A DNA stretch of 64,000 nt, from the NCBI GenBank assembly GCA_965222605.1, contig OZ244960.1, forward strand, positions 3,040,001 through 3,104,000. The letters run 5' to 3'. Every line of letters starts with the position of its first letter. The stretch's first letter is position 1. Both the position numbers and the translations under genes were made by a program. Shown here piece after piece: positions 12,377 through 22,191 of this stretch. This stretch comes from Candidatus Latescibacterota bacterium. GTDB taxonomy: Bacteria > Latescibacterota > UBA2968. The notes below the pieces were generated by a model that was not told the origin of the DNA, did not search any database, and saw only the letters and a program-made list of their open reading frames with translations.

Positions 12377-12718
12377 CTATTGTAGCCAGATTGTTTTTAC
12401 AACATCACCGCCAACCTCGCGGTTCAAATTTTGACGTATGGTCTCGCATTGAAAGCGCAACCAGTGCCGCCAGGTGGGGTTTTGTACTGAAACCGTTAAC
12501 TGCTCCCCCCGAAAGCCTTCAACTTTCGTTACAGCAGCAATATCTTTTCCCACAATTTCTTCCCACAGTGACAACACGCGTTGTTCTCTCAATTTTTTCG
12601 CAATCCCCAGTCTATTCACCACCTGGCGAATGGCATCACCTGCGGAAACCGGCTCGCCTATCGCGCCAGCCCGATACTTGTAAACACCACTCTTGCGTCT
12701 ATCAATCTCGGCATCCAT
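12377..12718 (-). CDS. dciA: DUF721/DciA family protein
   Basis: Located between recF and gyrB; WEEIVG..IA, LTVSVQNPTW, NLNREVG pattern; start moved to MDAEID. Confidence 0.75.
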   Translation of the reverse strand: MDAEIDRRKSGVYKYRAGAIGEPVSAGDAIRQVVNRLGIAKKLREQRVLSLWEEIVGKDIAAVTKVEGFRGEQLTVSVQNPTWRHWLRFQCETIRQNLNREVGGDVVKTIWLQ

Positions 12719-12726
12719 AGTCTTAC

Positions 12727-13815
12727 TCACAATTTCAGCAGCCGAAATCCATGTGCTCCAAAATCCAAATCTGGATCGCGCGCTGAGGTTACGACCACCT
12801 GCCCAAAATCGGGAATCAGGTTCAATACTGCGTTTGCCCGATGGGGATCGAGTTCTGAAAACACATCGTCCATCAGCAAAACAGGACGCCACCCGGTCTG
12901 TTGCTCTAAAAATGTTGCTTCGGCCAATTTCCAGGAAAGCAGAACGGTTTTTAGTTGGCCTTTAGACGCGAATTGATGCACAGCTTTGTCATCAAGTGTA
13001 AAAATCAGATTGTCGCGGTGTGGCCCTGTAAGTGTATATCGCAATTCGACTTCCTGTGGCAACCGGGTCGTCAGAGCTTCGAAGAGTATTTCCCTGCCCT
13101 GATCGCGCGTTTCCAGGGATATGGGACTGCGGTAACTCGCTTTCATTTTTTCGGGTGTGGGCGCAATAGACTGATAATATTCCGATAGAAGATGTTGTAT
13201 ATCATTCAGTGCTTCGAGGCGGCGAGATATAATGCGAGCACCCAAATTGGACAATTGCTCATTCCACGGTTCAATTTGTTCGGGATGTGATAACAGTGCT
13301 GAACGGCGGTCTTTTAACAACCGATTGCGCTGCGCCAAAACGCGCTGATACCCTTCCAGATCAGCCAAATAGGACGCGCTTGATTGCGAAACGAGTATAT
13401 CTAAAATGCGGCGGCGCTGCGCCGGTTCGCGCAATACGAGATCCACATCTTCGGGGGAGAACAAAACAGCGTTGAATGCGCCAATAAGGTCTGAAAGGCG
13501 GGGAAGAGAGGTCTCTGCAAGAGAGGCTTGTTTCTTGCCAACGAGGGGATCGTAGGCAATGCGAATGGGGAAGGAACGATCTTCGCGCTCTATCTGGGCT
13601 TCGATCACGAAATAGTTAGCGCCCCATTTGAGCACGTCCCGATCCCTGGCACCTCGGCCCGATTTGGCCAGTGCCAAAAAGTACAACGCTTCTAAAACAT
13701 TTGATTTACCGCGGGCATTGTCTGCCCAAATTGCCGTTTTTGCCTGATCAAATGTAAATTCAGCATGCTCAAAGTTTCGAAAATTGATGAGTTTAAGTGA
13801 GGAGACATACATCAT
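12727..13815 (-). CDS. recF: DNA replication/repair protein RecF
   Basis: NFRN, Walker A variant ADNARGKSN, GPHRDN, ASKGQ, LLMDDVFSELD. Confidence 0.95.
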   Translation of the reverse strand: MMYVSSLKLINFRNFEHAEFTFDQAKTAIWADNARGKSNVLEALYFLALAKSGRGARDRDVLKWGANYFVIEAQIEREDRSFPIRIAYDPLVGKKQASLAETSLPRLSDLIGAFNAVLFSPEDVDLVLREPAQRRRILDILVSQSSASYLADLEGYQRVLAQRNRLLKDRRSALLSHPEQIEPWNEQLSNLGARIISRRLEALNDIQHLLSEYYQSIAPTPEKMKASYRSPISLETRDQGREILFEALTTRLPQEVELRYTLTGPHRDNLIFTLDDKAVHQFASKGQLKTVLLSWKLAEATFLEQQTGWRPVLLMDDVFSELDPHRANAVLNLIPDFGQVVVTSARDPDLDFGAHGFRLLKL

Positions 13816-14996
13816 TCATTGAGCCGCAAGGGCATAAGGAGACAAAGATAGTCTTCGCCTTCGAGCTGTTCACCGGGTCTGATGATTCCCGCGGCAACAG
13901 CGCTGTCGAGTTCAAAGAGCACTTCGTCACAGGAAATGCGCCGGAGCACGTCCAGGAGATAGCCGGAATTATATCCAATGGTCATTTCATCTTCATCGTA
14001 TTCAACACCCATAGATTCCCGTGCTTCGCCTCCTATTTCCTGGCTGGTAGCTGATAATGCGAGTTCGTTCTTTTGGAGTTCGAGCCGCAATTGATGGGTT
14101 TGAGCACTTGCCAGAATGGATACGCGCCGCACAGCTGGTAACAATTGGCTGTTCGAAACGCGAAGACGCTTGCCGTTGTTTTGGGGAATTACCTGTTCGA
14201 AATCGACATAAGGACCTTCAATCAGTCGAGAGAAAATCTGGACGGTATCTTCACTGTCTTCGTCACCCAGTGAAAAAAGCACATGGCTTTGCCCAAGTTG
14301 CGCTTTTTGGAGATCTACTCCTCCTCCCATGAGTTTGACCACATGATTCAAAGCGCGAGGGGGAATAATGGCGTCTCTATTGTCATCGGGTAACCCATCC
14401 TGAATCCGCGAATATTTGACCAGGCGGTGACCATCTGTTGCCACCATGGTCATGCGGCCATTGCCAATCTGCCAGAGCACACCAGTGAGCACCGGGCGCG
14501 TTTCATCGCGAGATACGGCAAAGACCGTTTTAGAAATCATCTCGCTGAGGACATTGCTATCAGCCGAAGCGTTCTCAGAATCCTCGTCTTCATCTGATAG
14601 AAACGCGATCTCGGGACCTTCGATCTCTGAAGGCAGTTCGGGGAAATCGTCGGCTGGTACCGACATCAAGGCATAAGTTCCTTCGGCACCACTTTGGCGC
14701 TGAAGGGTGACACGACCTTCTTCGGCGGTGAGGGATAGGGATTCATCGGGCAACTCACGCACGATTTCTGAGAACTTGCGTGCTGGCACCGTTGTTGCCC
14801 CGGGGTCTTCAATGGTGGCTGAAAGTTTGCATGTGATTGATATATCGAGATCTGTGGCGCTTAAACACACATCACTGCCATTGTTTGCATCAATGAGGAT
14901 ATTGGACAACACTGGCAGTGCGGTTTTAGAGGGCACGATATCAATCACAGCCTGAATACCTTTGAGGAGTTCATTTTTTTCTATCGATACTTTCAT
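13812..14996 (-). CDS. dnaN: DNA polymerase III beta sliding clamp
   Basis: LSATDLDI, SRDETRPVLTG, VATDGHRL, SRLIEG, LLMPLRL. Confidence 0.96.
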   Translation of the reverse strand: MKVSIEKNELLKGIQAVIDIVPSKTALPVLSNILIDANNGSDVCLSATDLDISITCKLSATIEDPGATTVPARKFSEIVRELPDESLSLTAEEGRVTLQRQSGAEGTYALMSVPADDFPELPSEIEGPEIAFLSDEDEDSENASADSNVLSEMISKTVFAVSRDETRPVLTGVLWQIGNGRMTMVATDGHRLVKYSRIQDGLPDDNRDAIIPPRALNHVVKLMGGGVDLQKAQLGQSHVLFSLGDEDSEDTVQIFSRLIEGPYVDFEQVIPQNNGKRLRVSNSQLLPAVRRVSILASAQTHQLRLELQKNELALSATSQEIGGEARESMGVEYDEDEMTIGYNSGYLLDVLRRISCDEVLFELDSAVAAGIIRPGEQLEGEDYLCLLMPLRLNE

Positions 14997-15110
14997 GGAT
15001 GCGATTCTCCCGAGCGCGTCAAGCCCTTTGTAAATGATTTTTATGGCGTTGAATAGAGCGTTTTTTCAGGATAAAAAATGATTGATTTTTTATTCAATTA
15101 CAAACACCAT

Positions 15111-15139
15111 AATTTACTGAATTTTAACGGTTTTGTCAA
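15111..15139 (-). promoter_or_regulatory. Putative sigma70 promoter for the dnaN operon
   Basis: Minus strand TTGACA-17 nt-TAAATT in an AT-rich region upstream of dnaN. Confidence 0.55.
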
Positions 15140-15203
15140 CCTTACTTTTTGTTCGAAAACTCCTTTTTATCCCTGAGAATTGTCGAACAAAAAGATGCAA
15201 AAT

Positions 15204-15256
15204 TCAAACTGTTCTAAATTCACGTCGTTCAGTGAGCCATACCCCTTTGCAATGAC
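15204..15256 (-). repeat. Diverged duplicate of the addA 3' end (partner 16002-16055)
   Basis: Encodes ..KGVWLTERREFRTV* versus addA ..KGLWLTERREFRAI*; 9 differences in 54 positions by manual alignment, including a 1-nt gap. Confidence 0.9.
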
Positions 15257-15292
15257 CTTGATTTGTGCATCATTTGTGCATATCTTTGTTTT

Positions 15293-15574
15293 ATGAATTA
15301 TCAATGGGACCCAGAAAAGGCAGAATCAAATTTCCTTACACATGGTGTTGATTTCGCTGACTCAGTAGGAGTATTTGAGGATATCTGGGCATTGACCTTG
15401 AAAGAAGAGATTGAATCGGGTGAGCAACGATTTGCCACTCTTGGTACCGATTTCTTTGGACGAATTTTGGTTGTCGTTTATACATATCGAAACGAAGACA
15501 TCCGTTTAATTTCCGCTCGCCCCGCAACGCGTCGGGAAAGGAGAATATATGAAAAAAAAAGAATATCATTTTGA
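15293..15574 (+). CDS. brnT: BrnT family toxin (RNase)
   Basis: MNYQWDPEKAESNFLTHGVDF...EQRFATLG...VVVYTYR...IRLISARPATRRE; TTTGTGCAT repeated twice just upstream (candidate operator). Confidence 0.92.
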   Translation: MNYQWDPEKAESNFLTHGVDFADSVGVFEDIWALTLKEEIESGEQRFATLGTDFFGRILVVVYTYRNEDIRLISARPATRRERRIYEKKRISF

Positions 15575-15809
15575 AACCGCCCAACAAGGCCCTGTCGTCC
15601 AGCCACCACCCGGCAAGACGCGTATCACCATTCGCCTTGACACAGATGTACTGAATTGGTTTAAGAAACAGGTTCATGAAGCAGGGGGCGGAAATTATCA
15701 GACGCTTGTGAACCAGGCCCTCAGAGAACACATCCAGGCTAACAATGGAGTATTGGAACAAACACTACGCAAAGTCATTCGCGAAGAACTCAGTTCACGC
15801 GCAGTCTAA
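15549..15809 (+). CDS. brnA: BrnA family antitoxin (RHH)
   Basis: KTRITIRLDTDVLNWFK...YQTLVNQALR; overlaps brnT. Confidence 0.92.
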   Translation: MKKKEYHFETAQQGPVVQPPPGKTRITIRLDTDVLNWFKKQVHEAGGGNYQTLVNQALREHIQANNGVLEQTLRKVIREELSSRAV

Positions 15810-15810
15810 C

Positions 15811-15849
15811 ACAAAGACGCCGATGCCTGGGTAGCATCGGCGTCTTTGT
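15811..15849. terminator. Hairpin terminator after brnA
   Basis: Perfect 16-bp inverted repeat ACAAAGACGCCGATGC / GCATCGGCGTCTTTGT immediately after the stop. Confidence 0.75.
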
Positions 15850-16001
15850 TCGTAAACGATAGTGGCTATTCTATCACAGCGGTTTTGAACGTCCTTCTGA
15901 AGCGCGCGTCTGAGCATGGGAAGAGAATTGAATTTCTGCGAAGTTGTACACCGCTCCGATTAAAGTCACACATGACGTTAATTTTTATTAAACGCCATCT
16001 T

Positions 16002-19000
16002 TCAAATGGCTCTAAATTCACGTCGTTCCGTCAGCCACAAGCCCTTTGCAATAACGGTTTCTCCGGTGAAATTCTCCCAGTGTTTTGCATAGGTGTTCAC
16101 CTGATCGGCTGTTTGTTCGCACAGTGCTTGTACATCTTCATCGGTTTTGACCGCATTGGTTTTGTAATCGACGATTTTCCATCCTTTGGGCAGGCGATAG
16201 ACCAGATCGATGACGCCACGAATAATGTTGTTGGGTGAGGAGTTGTTCACCGTTTGCGGTACCGCAAAGGGGACTTCGGTATAGACGGTTTCTGAAGCCT
16301 GAATTTCTGCCCATATCTCCGAGTTGCGAAAATGCTGCAATGCGTCCAGCGCGTGCGGTAGAAACGCGGTGTCTGCACCCGCCTCATTCAGTAGATGTAT
16401 GACATAAGGTGTGGGATCAGCGGGCAATCGCATGTTGATGGCATCGTCGAATATCTGGTGAACCACGGTGCCATACGCAGCCCCCTTGCCCGCTACTGAT
16501 CGCCTCTCGTCCAAATATGCGATATCCGCCCGATCATCCGTCACCTGCGCGACTTCAAACGATTCTTTTTTCACAACTTTCCAGAAATGATCTCTTTGCT
16601 CGTGTTCCAGGCTGAAAGGCCGCGTTTCGAGAGGGGGGGCTTCTATTGTGGGATATTTTGCCAACTCCGGCACATTTTTAAGATGGGGATAGAGCGGCGA
16701 CCACGGTCCATGGTCGGGTTTTTCCTCGTAGGTGGATATTATGAGCAAATTTTCTGCGCGTGTTGCAGCCACGTAGAGCAATCGCAGTTCTTCGCCTTGC
16801 AAAAATCGCGTCTCTTCGGCTTCGGCATCTTCCCAACCCACAGGCTCGGCAACGACCTCGCGTTGATATGGTCCGCGGGGTTTTGTAATGGGCAATGCCA
16901 AAAAGGGTTCGTCGCTGGTGCGGGATACGTGAAATTCGGGGCCGTAGCGCGTGTAACTCGTGTCATAGGGGTCGGCGAGGAAGACGATTTTGCCCTGTAA
17001 TCCTTTTGCCTGATGCAGATTCATCAATCGCACGACATCTTCCTGTGCAGAAGAGAGGGTCATTTGTTCAATTTTGTAGTCTCTGTCGTCAATGAGGGCA
17101 CGTAGCTCGGTCACCACCTGCCCCCAATGCAATCCCTGCGCGCTCCACTCGCGGACGAGAGATAATATGCGAATGAGATTGCCTGCATGTGTGGCGCCCA
17201 TGGGCAGGGCGCGCACAAAAGGCAGGAGGCCGAGCTTTTCTACACAGCGCGCTATGGCGGCATCTGGCGATAGGGATTGCAACCATTTCGATGCTTTTTT
17301 GAGATGATCATAAGCCTGCTCGAACGTTCGGTGTAATTTTCGATCCATTCCTTTGGGCAAATCGCGTGTCCAATTAAAATCACCGCCTGCTTTTTTGAAC
17401 GCATAGAGTGTATCATCTCCCAGGCCGACGAGATCCCCCCGCAAATAGGCGAGTAGTGGAAGCGGATTGTCGGGCATATAAACCGTTTCCAAAAAATCCG
17501 TGAGTGTGTGCAATACGTCTGCTTCGCCAAGGCGATTGCCACCCGTGATATCAAAGGGAATACCGCACTTTTCCAGAGCCTGGGCATAATGGGACAAAGA
17601 GCCAGAGGTGCGCGTTAAGATGAGAAAGTCCCCCGGTGATGCTTTGGGAGGAAGCGCGGCGGTTTCTCCCGCGCCATTAAATTCTGTTTTGCCCTCTATG
17701 GCTGCGGCGATGAAATTTGCAATCTGATCTGCGTCTTCCGTCGCGATTTGGCTTCGGCTGTTGCGATAGACTTTGTCGATTGAGATTCGGCGAACTGCAA
17801 AATTCTCGCCATCGGGTCTGTATTTGAATAGGGGTGCAAATTCGGCTTGATAGGGTTTTTCGTGCGCGGCGAACAGGGGTTCGAATGCCGCGTTGATCCA
17901 ATCGCAGAGGTGGCTCACTGAGCGAAAGTTTGTGTTCAGGTTGACAATATCGCCATTGGTGTCGTCAATGCGCTTGCGGACGAGGTCAAAGGTTTCGACA
18001 TCCGCGCGGCGAAAGCGGTAGATTGACTGTTTGCCATCGCCGACTAAAAATAAACTACCCGGGCGGGGTGTGAGTTTGCGCCAGTCGGGTTCTTCCAAAT
18101 TTTCGCCGGTTAAATACAGCAATATTTCGGCCTGGATGGGATCGGTATCTTGAAATTCATCTACGAATAGGCAGCGATAGCGATCCTGAAAGTGATGGCG
18201 AACTTCGGGGTGGTCGCGCAGTAATCGCGCGGCCAATTCGAGCAGGTCTTGAAATGTGAGGCGACCGGATTCGCGACGGGTTCTGGCGTATTCTTCAACG
18301 GCATCATCGACATAGGGCGCAGCAAATTGGTAGATGTATTGCCGCCATTTGGTGAGGGTGGGGTCGAGTGTTTCGGCTTGAAATTCGGATAATAAGGTGT
18401 CTCGCAAGTGCTTTGCAAAATCCTGGTTGGGTGCCCAACTTTTCAGAGTAACGCTGAGGTTTCCGGTGAGTATTTGCAAGAGGGCGATGCGATCCGCATC
18501 GGAGTGAATCCCCCGATTCGACAAGAATAAGCGCGCGCGCGTCAAAGCTGTCTGGAGGGCATCGCGTCTGCCGGGGAGTGGATCGGGGATATAGGCTCCT
18601 GCGCGTTGTAGAAATGCTTTCAGTTTTGAAACTGCGGTCGATAAGTCGGGTTTTTGTACAGATTCGGATACGAGCGGTACATCGCTGAACAGGCAGCGTC
18701 TTTGAAAAAATCCATATAAATCTTCCGGGCGCAGGCCAAGTTCTTCAAATTTGGCGAGTTGCGGGTCTTCGGATAGAAAACACTGTTGTACAAACCGATC
18801 CCATGCTTCGCGGCGCATCACGGCTTCTTCGCGCTCTTCGACTTCTGAAAAATCGGGCGGCAGACCCGCTTCAACGGGGCGTTCTCGCAATAACTGGCCG
18901 CAGAATGAGTGTATGGTGCCAATAAAGCATTGATCTACTTTTTCGAGTGCTTTTTGAATGCGATGCAGGTCTTGACCGTCTGCGTTTTTGGCGCGCGATT

Positions 19001-19220
19001 TTAATTCACTGAAAAATCGCCCGCGCATTTCACCTGCTGCTTTGCGCGTAAAGGTGATTGCCGTCAGGTGATCTACGGCTACCACACCTGTTTGCACCGC
19101 GTTCGCCATCCGTTGCACCAGCGCGTGGGTCTTTCCCGCGCCTGCCCCTGCGAGCACCATCATATTTTGATCCAGTGCTTCGGCAATTTTATCGCGTGCT
19201 TGTTGATCTCGAAGGTTCAT
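16002..19220 (-). CDS. addA: AddA-like UvrD helicase with C-terminal PD-(D/E)XK nuclease
   Basis: AGAGAGKT, TFTRKAA, VDEFQD, GDGKQSIYRFR, YVAATRA, GVIDL..IVDYKT; start moved to MNLRDQ (ATGA overlap with addB). Confidence 0.88.
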   Translation of the reverse strand: MNLRDQQARDKIAEALDQNMMVLAGAGAGKTHALVQRMANAVQTGVVAVDHLTAITFTRKAAGEMRGRFFSELKSRAKNADGQDLHRIQKALEKVDQCFIGTIHSFCGQLLRERPVEAGLPPDFSEVEEREEAVMRREAWDRFVQQCFLSEDPQLAKFEELGLRPEDLYGFFQRRCLFSDVPLVSESVQKPDLSTAVSKLKAFLQRAGAYIPDPLPGRRDALQTALTRARLFLSNRGIHSDADRIALLQILTGNLSVTLKSWAPNQDFAKHLRDTLLSEFQAETLDPTLTKWRQYIYQFAAPYVDDAVEEYARTRRESGRLTFQDLLELAARLLRDHPEVRHHFQDRYRCLFVDEFQDTDPIQAEILLYLTGENLEEPDWRKLTPRPGSLFLVGDGKQSIYRFRRADVETFDLVRKRIDDTNGDIVNLNTNFRSVSHLCDWINAAFEPLFAAHEKPYQAEFAPLFKYRPDGENFAVRRISIDKVYRNSRSQIATEDADQIANFIAAAIEGKTEFNGAGETAALPPKASPGDFLILTRTSGSLSHYAQALEKCGIPFDITGGNRLGEADVLHTLTDFLETVYMPDNPLPLLAYLRGDLVGLGDDTLYAFKKAGGDFNWTRDLPKGMDRKLHRTFEQAYDHLKKASKWLQSLSPDAAIARCVEKLGLLPFVRALPMGATHAGNLIRILSLVREWSAQGLHWGQVVTELRALIDDRDYKIEQMTLSSAQEDVVRLMNLHQAKGLQGKIVFLADPYDTSYTRYGPEFHVSRTSDEPFLALPITKPRGPYQREVVAEPVGWEDAEAEETRFLQGEELRLLYVAATRAENLLIISTYEEKPDHGPWSPLYPHLKNVPELAKYPTIEAPPLETRPFSLEHEQRDHFWKVVKKESFEVAQVTDDRADIAYLDERRSVAGKGAAYGTVVHQIFDDAINMRLPADPTPYVIHLLNEAGADTAFLPHALDALQHFRNSEIWAEIQASETVYTEVPFAVPQTVNNSSPNNIIRGVIDLVYRLPKGWKIVDYKTNAVKTDEDVQALCEQTADQVNTYAKHWENFTGETVIAKGLWLTERREFRAI

Positions 19221-22180
19221 ACTCCCATCCAGCGATTCAGGCTGTCCAGCAAGGGCGCGAAGTCGGGATCGTCGTCCATTGTTTCGCGCGCGGCGGCGAG
19301 GGCGTTGGCGTCCAGACGTTCTTTGCTGCAGACGCGGTTGTAGATGCAGTAGTCGCACTCCTGGGATTTTTGAATGTGAAAAAAGCCGCCTCTGGCTGTT
19401 AGTTCGAGCAAGGGGCGCAACACATTGGCGAGTGCTTCGGGCGTTGGTGGTGCGTCAGAAAGCCGACGGCCGTGTTCTCTATCGCCGGGGAAGACGTAAC
19501 CGGACAATTGTACGCGATTGGATTCATGTTGTTGTTTTAGAATCGAATTCAGGGCATAGGCGTACAATGCCCATTGCAAATGCGTGCCGCGTTTGAGCAA
19601 GTCCTGTTCGTCGTATTGCGCCATTGATCCGGTTTTGTAATCCCAAATTACAAAGTTGTCCTCAACGCGGTCCACGCGGTCAATGCGCCCGCGGATGCGG
19701 AAGCTGACATCTTCTGCGAGTTCGAGTGTTACGGGTGCTTCGCTATTTAGTCCGCCTGATTCGCCAAATCCGAAACTTACTTCAAATCCGATAGGATCGG
19801 CATTTTTTTGATCGGATTCGACGGCCAAAAATACCTGCGCGGCTTGTGATAGGCGTTTGACATCGGCGCGATACGCCGCTTCATGCTCAACGGGATGGGT
19901 TTCTTTTTTGGCTTCTATTTCTTTTTGTAGAAGTTCCTGGATAAGTGTGCCATGTCGGTCGCGGTCAGGGCGTTCGCCTCGCGCTTTCAGGAGTTGCATA
20001 AATTTGTGAAAGAGCGCGTGTAATAATGCGCCATAGGACAGGGGATCGAGCCATCGCGTGGGATCAGATTCGGCTTTTTCTATGGGCTGAATTTCGAGCA
20101 CATGGTTCAAAAAATACCGGTATGGACATCGGGCGAGCATTTCCAATTTTGAGGGTGAAAATATGCGGTGCTGTGCTGTAATCGCCAATTCGGGTGTGGG
20201 CGCGCCCAGCCAGCCATCGTAGGTTGTCATCCCGCTCCATTCACGCGCGTCGCGCGCCTTTTGTCCAGAAACCAGATAGGGGAATATCCGATTCACAACG
20301 GATGCGTAGTCGGCAGAGGGATAGTGTGCGAGCAATGTCTCTGCATCGTCCAGCGCCTGTGCAGATGTTTCGGGCAGTGCTCGTGCAAGTTCAGGGGCAA
20401 TTTTCATCTGTTCGGCTGCTTGCTGAAAGAGTGCGGCGGGATAGCGTTCCCGACTATCGGATAGGCTTCGGTGGCACGATAACAATGTCACTTTGTTAGA
20501 TGCCATGCCCAATACGCGAATGAGATGCCACACTTGCTCGGCGGGTCGCGTGCGGCGCAATTCCAGTTCGCGCGATACGCCCGAGCGCTCGCCATCTAAT
20601 AACATGGGGTCTTCTGTGGCACCACCGGGGAACGTGGCTTCATCCATGCCTATGACATAGATATGTGGGCGATTGGTATATCCCGCGCGTGAAAGCGGGG
20701 CAATCGATAGGTGCCCGGGTTTGGCTGCTTCGGCTTTAAAAGAGAGGTTGGCGGTCAATTCAGATAGACGGTTTGCCAATCGGCGTGCTGGTGCTTTGCG
20801 GCGCACGGATTGGGCCACATGGTGCAGGCGATCCCCAAGCGCGGTGAGGACCTCATCTTCGGCGTTTCCAAAATGTTCGAGAAATTGCAAGCCAGCATCA
20901 ACCAATGCGTCAGGCGATACATTGGGTCCTCTGGGGATCAGATCGAATAAGCGTTTGAGTTCTTCTTCAACAGCTTCAACTTCCCCAAGTGTCAATCCGC
21001 GATGGCCGGTTTCCGAGTTTTCGGCTTCTCTGTGGCGCATGTCGGCTTTTATTTGGTTCAGGGCCATAAAATAACGCGCAGGATCCCCGTCAATCCGCGC
21101 TTGTTGGAGGACGGTTGCAATTACAGATGCGTTTTCAGAGGCAATCAGACCCGCGCGGCACATCATTACGAGTTCGTCTGCGGGGTATCCCGCGCCCAAC
21201 CAGCGGTAAAAATTCACCAATGCGCGACCGGTTCGGGTTGTCGCTATCGGTATGCCTTCGGCAAATGTGGCGGGTAGTTCAAATCGCTGAACCGCATCGC
21301 ACAACAGGCTCACATAAGGCATTTCTGAGGTGTAAGCGATTTCGACGGTATCCAGGGGTATGTGTCCCGATCTTATGTCGCGCAATACGGTGCTGATTTC
21401 TGTTTCGGTGCCGAGGGTTTCGCACAGTTGAATTTGAGAAGTGTCCCTGGGGAACAGTCCCAATGTGAATATGTTTCCGCCCGCTCCGATTTTGCCTGTG
21501 GCGGCGGGAAAGGGCGCTTTGGGAAAGCGCCTTGCTGCACTGTGTGGCGGGGGCGGTACACCCATATTATTTCGCCCGATGCGCCAGATTTGTCCCTGTG
21601 ATTTTTCGCGTAGATAGTCGAATGCCAGCCTGGGTAATGGGGTTTCATCGAGGATGGCATAGTAAGTATTTTGTGGGGGTGATTTTAGATGTGTCAAAGC
21701 GCGTTGATACAATACGGCGTTGTCGTAGAGGTTATCTCTCTCAAATGTCGCGCAGTACGCCTGATAAAGTCGCTGTAATACCTGATGCCGCAGGCCTTTC
21801 GCAGAGAGCGAGTCGGGTTCCAATCCCGCTGCACGCAGAACGCGCAATGTGCGCAAAAAAGGGCGCGTGAGCGCGGTGGCCTGTTGTGCGAAGTAGTCAT
21901 CATTGATTTCGCGCACGGCGTGGGGGATCATTTCGTCCAGCCAGAATAGATCCGCATCTTGTGCCATGCGCGAATGCCCCTCTGCGATGAGATGGGCACC
22001 CGCATCTTTTTCCGCGAGACTGCGCGGGGTCTCAATCTGCAAGTTCAAATAGGAATAACCCGTTGCCGCAAGTGCGATTGTCAGGTCGTGTCCTGCGGTC
22101 ATGGTAGGGACAATCAGGACTTTTGCTTCAATTGGGTGGGCGTCACAAAATGTTTCTATTTGTGCGAGGTGGTATTGCAT
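19217..22180 (-). CDS. addB: AddB-like nuclease subunit with Fe-S cysteines
   Basis: SPSKLE..CPYRYF, RGRIDRVD, WDYKTG, QWALY, CDYCIYNRVC. Confidence 0.85.
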   Translation of the reverse strand: MQYHLAQIETFCDAHPIEAKVLIVPTMTAGHDLTIALAATGYSYLNLQIETPRSLAEKDAGAHLIAEGHSRMAQDADLFWLDEMIPHAVREINDDYFAQQATALTRPFLRTLRVLRAAGLEPDSLSAKGLRHQVLQRLYQAYCATFERDNLYDNAVLYQRALTHLKSPPQNTYYAILDETPLPRLAFDYLREKSQGQIWRIGRNNMGVPPPPHSAARRFPKAPFPAATGKIGAGGNIFTLGLFPRDTSQIQLCETLGTETEISTVLRDIRSGHIPLDTVEIAYTSEMPYVSLLCDAVQRFELPATFAEGIPIATTRTGRALVNFYRWLGAGYPADELVMMCRAGLIASENASVIATVLQQARIDGDPARYFMALNQIKADMRHREAENSETGHRGLTLGEVEAVEEELKRLFDLIPRGPNVSPDALVDAGLQFLEHFGNAEDEVLTALGDRLHHVAQSVRRKAPARRLANRLSELTANLSFKAEAAKPGHLSIAPLSRAGYTNRPHIYVIGMDEATFPGGATEDPMLLDGERSGVSRELELRRTRPAEQVWHLIRVLGMASNKVTLLSCHRSLSDSRERYPAALFQQAAEQMKIAPELARALPETSAQALDDAETLLAHYPSADYASVVNRIFPYLVSGQKARDAREWSGMTTYDGWLGAPTPELAITAQHRIFSPSKLEMLARCPYRYFLNHVLEIQPIEKAESDPTRWLDPLSYGALLHALFHKFMQLLKARGERPDRDRHGTLIQELLQKEIEAKKETHPVEHEAAYRADVKRLSQAAQVFLAVESDQKNADPIGFEVSFGFGESGGLNSEAPVTLELAEDVSFRIRGRIDRVDRVEDNFVIWDYKTGSMAQYDEQDLLKRGTHLQWALYAYALNSILKQQHESNRVQLSGYVFPGDREHGRRLSDAPPTPEALANVLRPLLELTARGGFFHIQKSQECDYCIYNRVCSKERLDANALAAARETMDDDPDFAPLLDSLNRWMGV

Positions 22181-22191
22181 GAAATCATTCC

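Noticed and set aside
14997-15203. oriC
   Set aside because: AT-rich but no perfect DnaA boxes and no dnaA adjacent; not supportable from this window.
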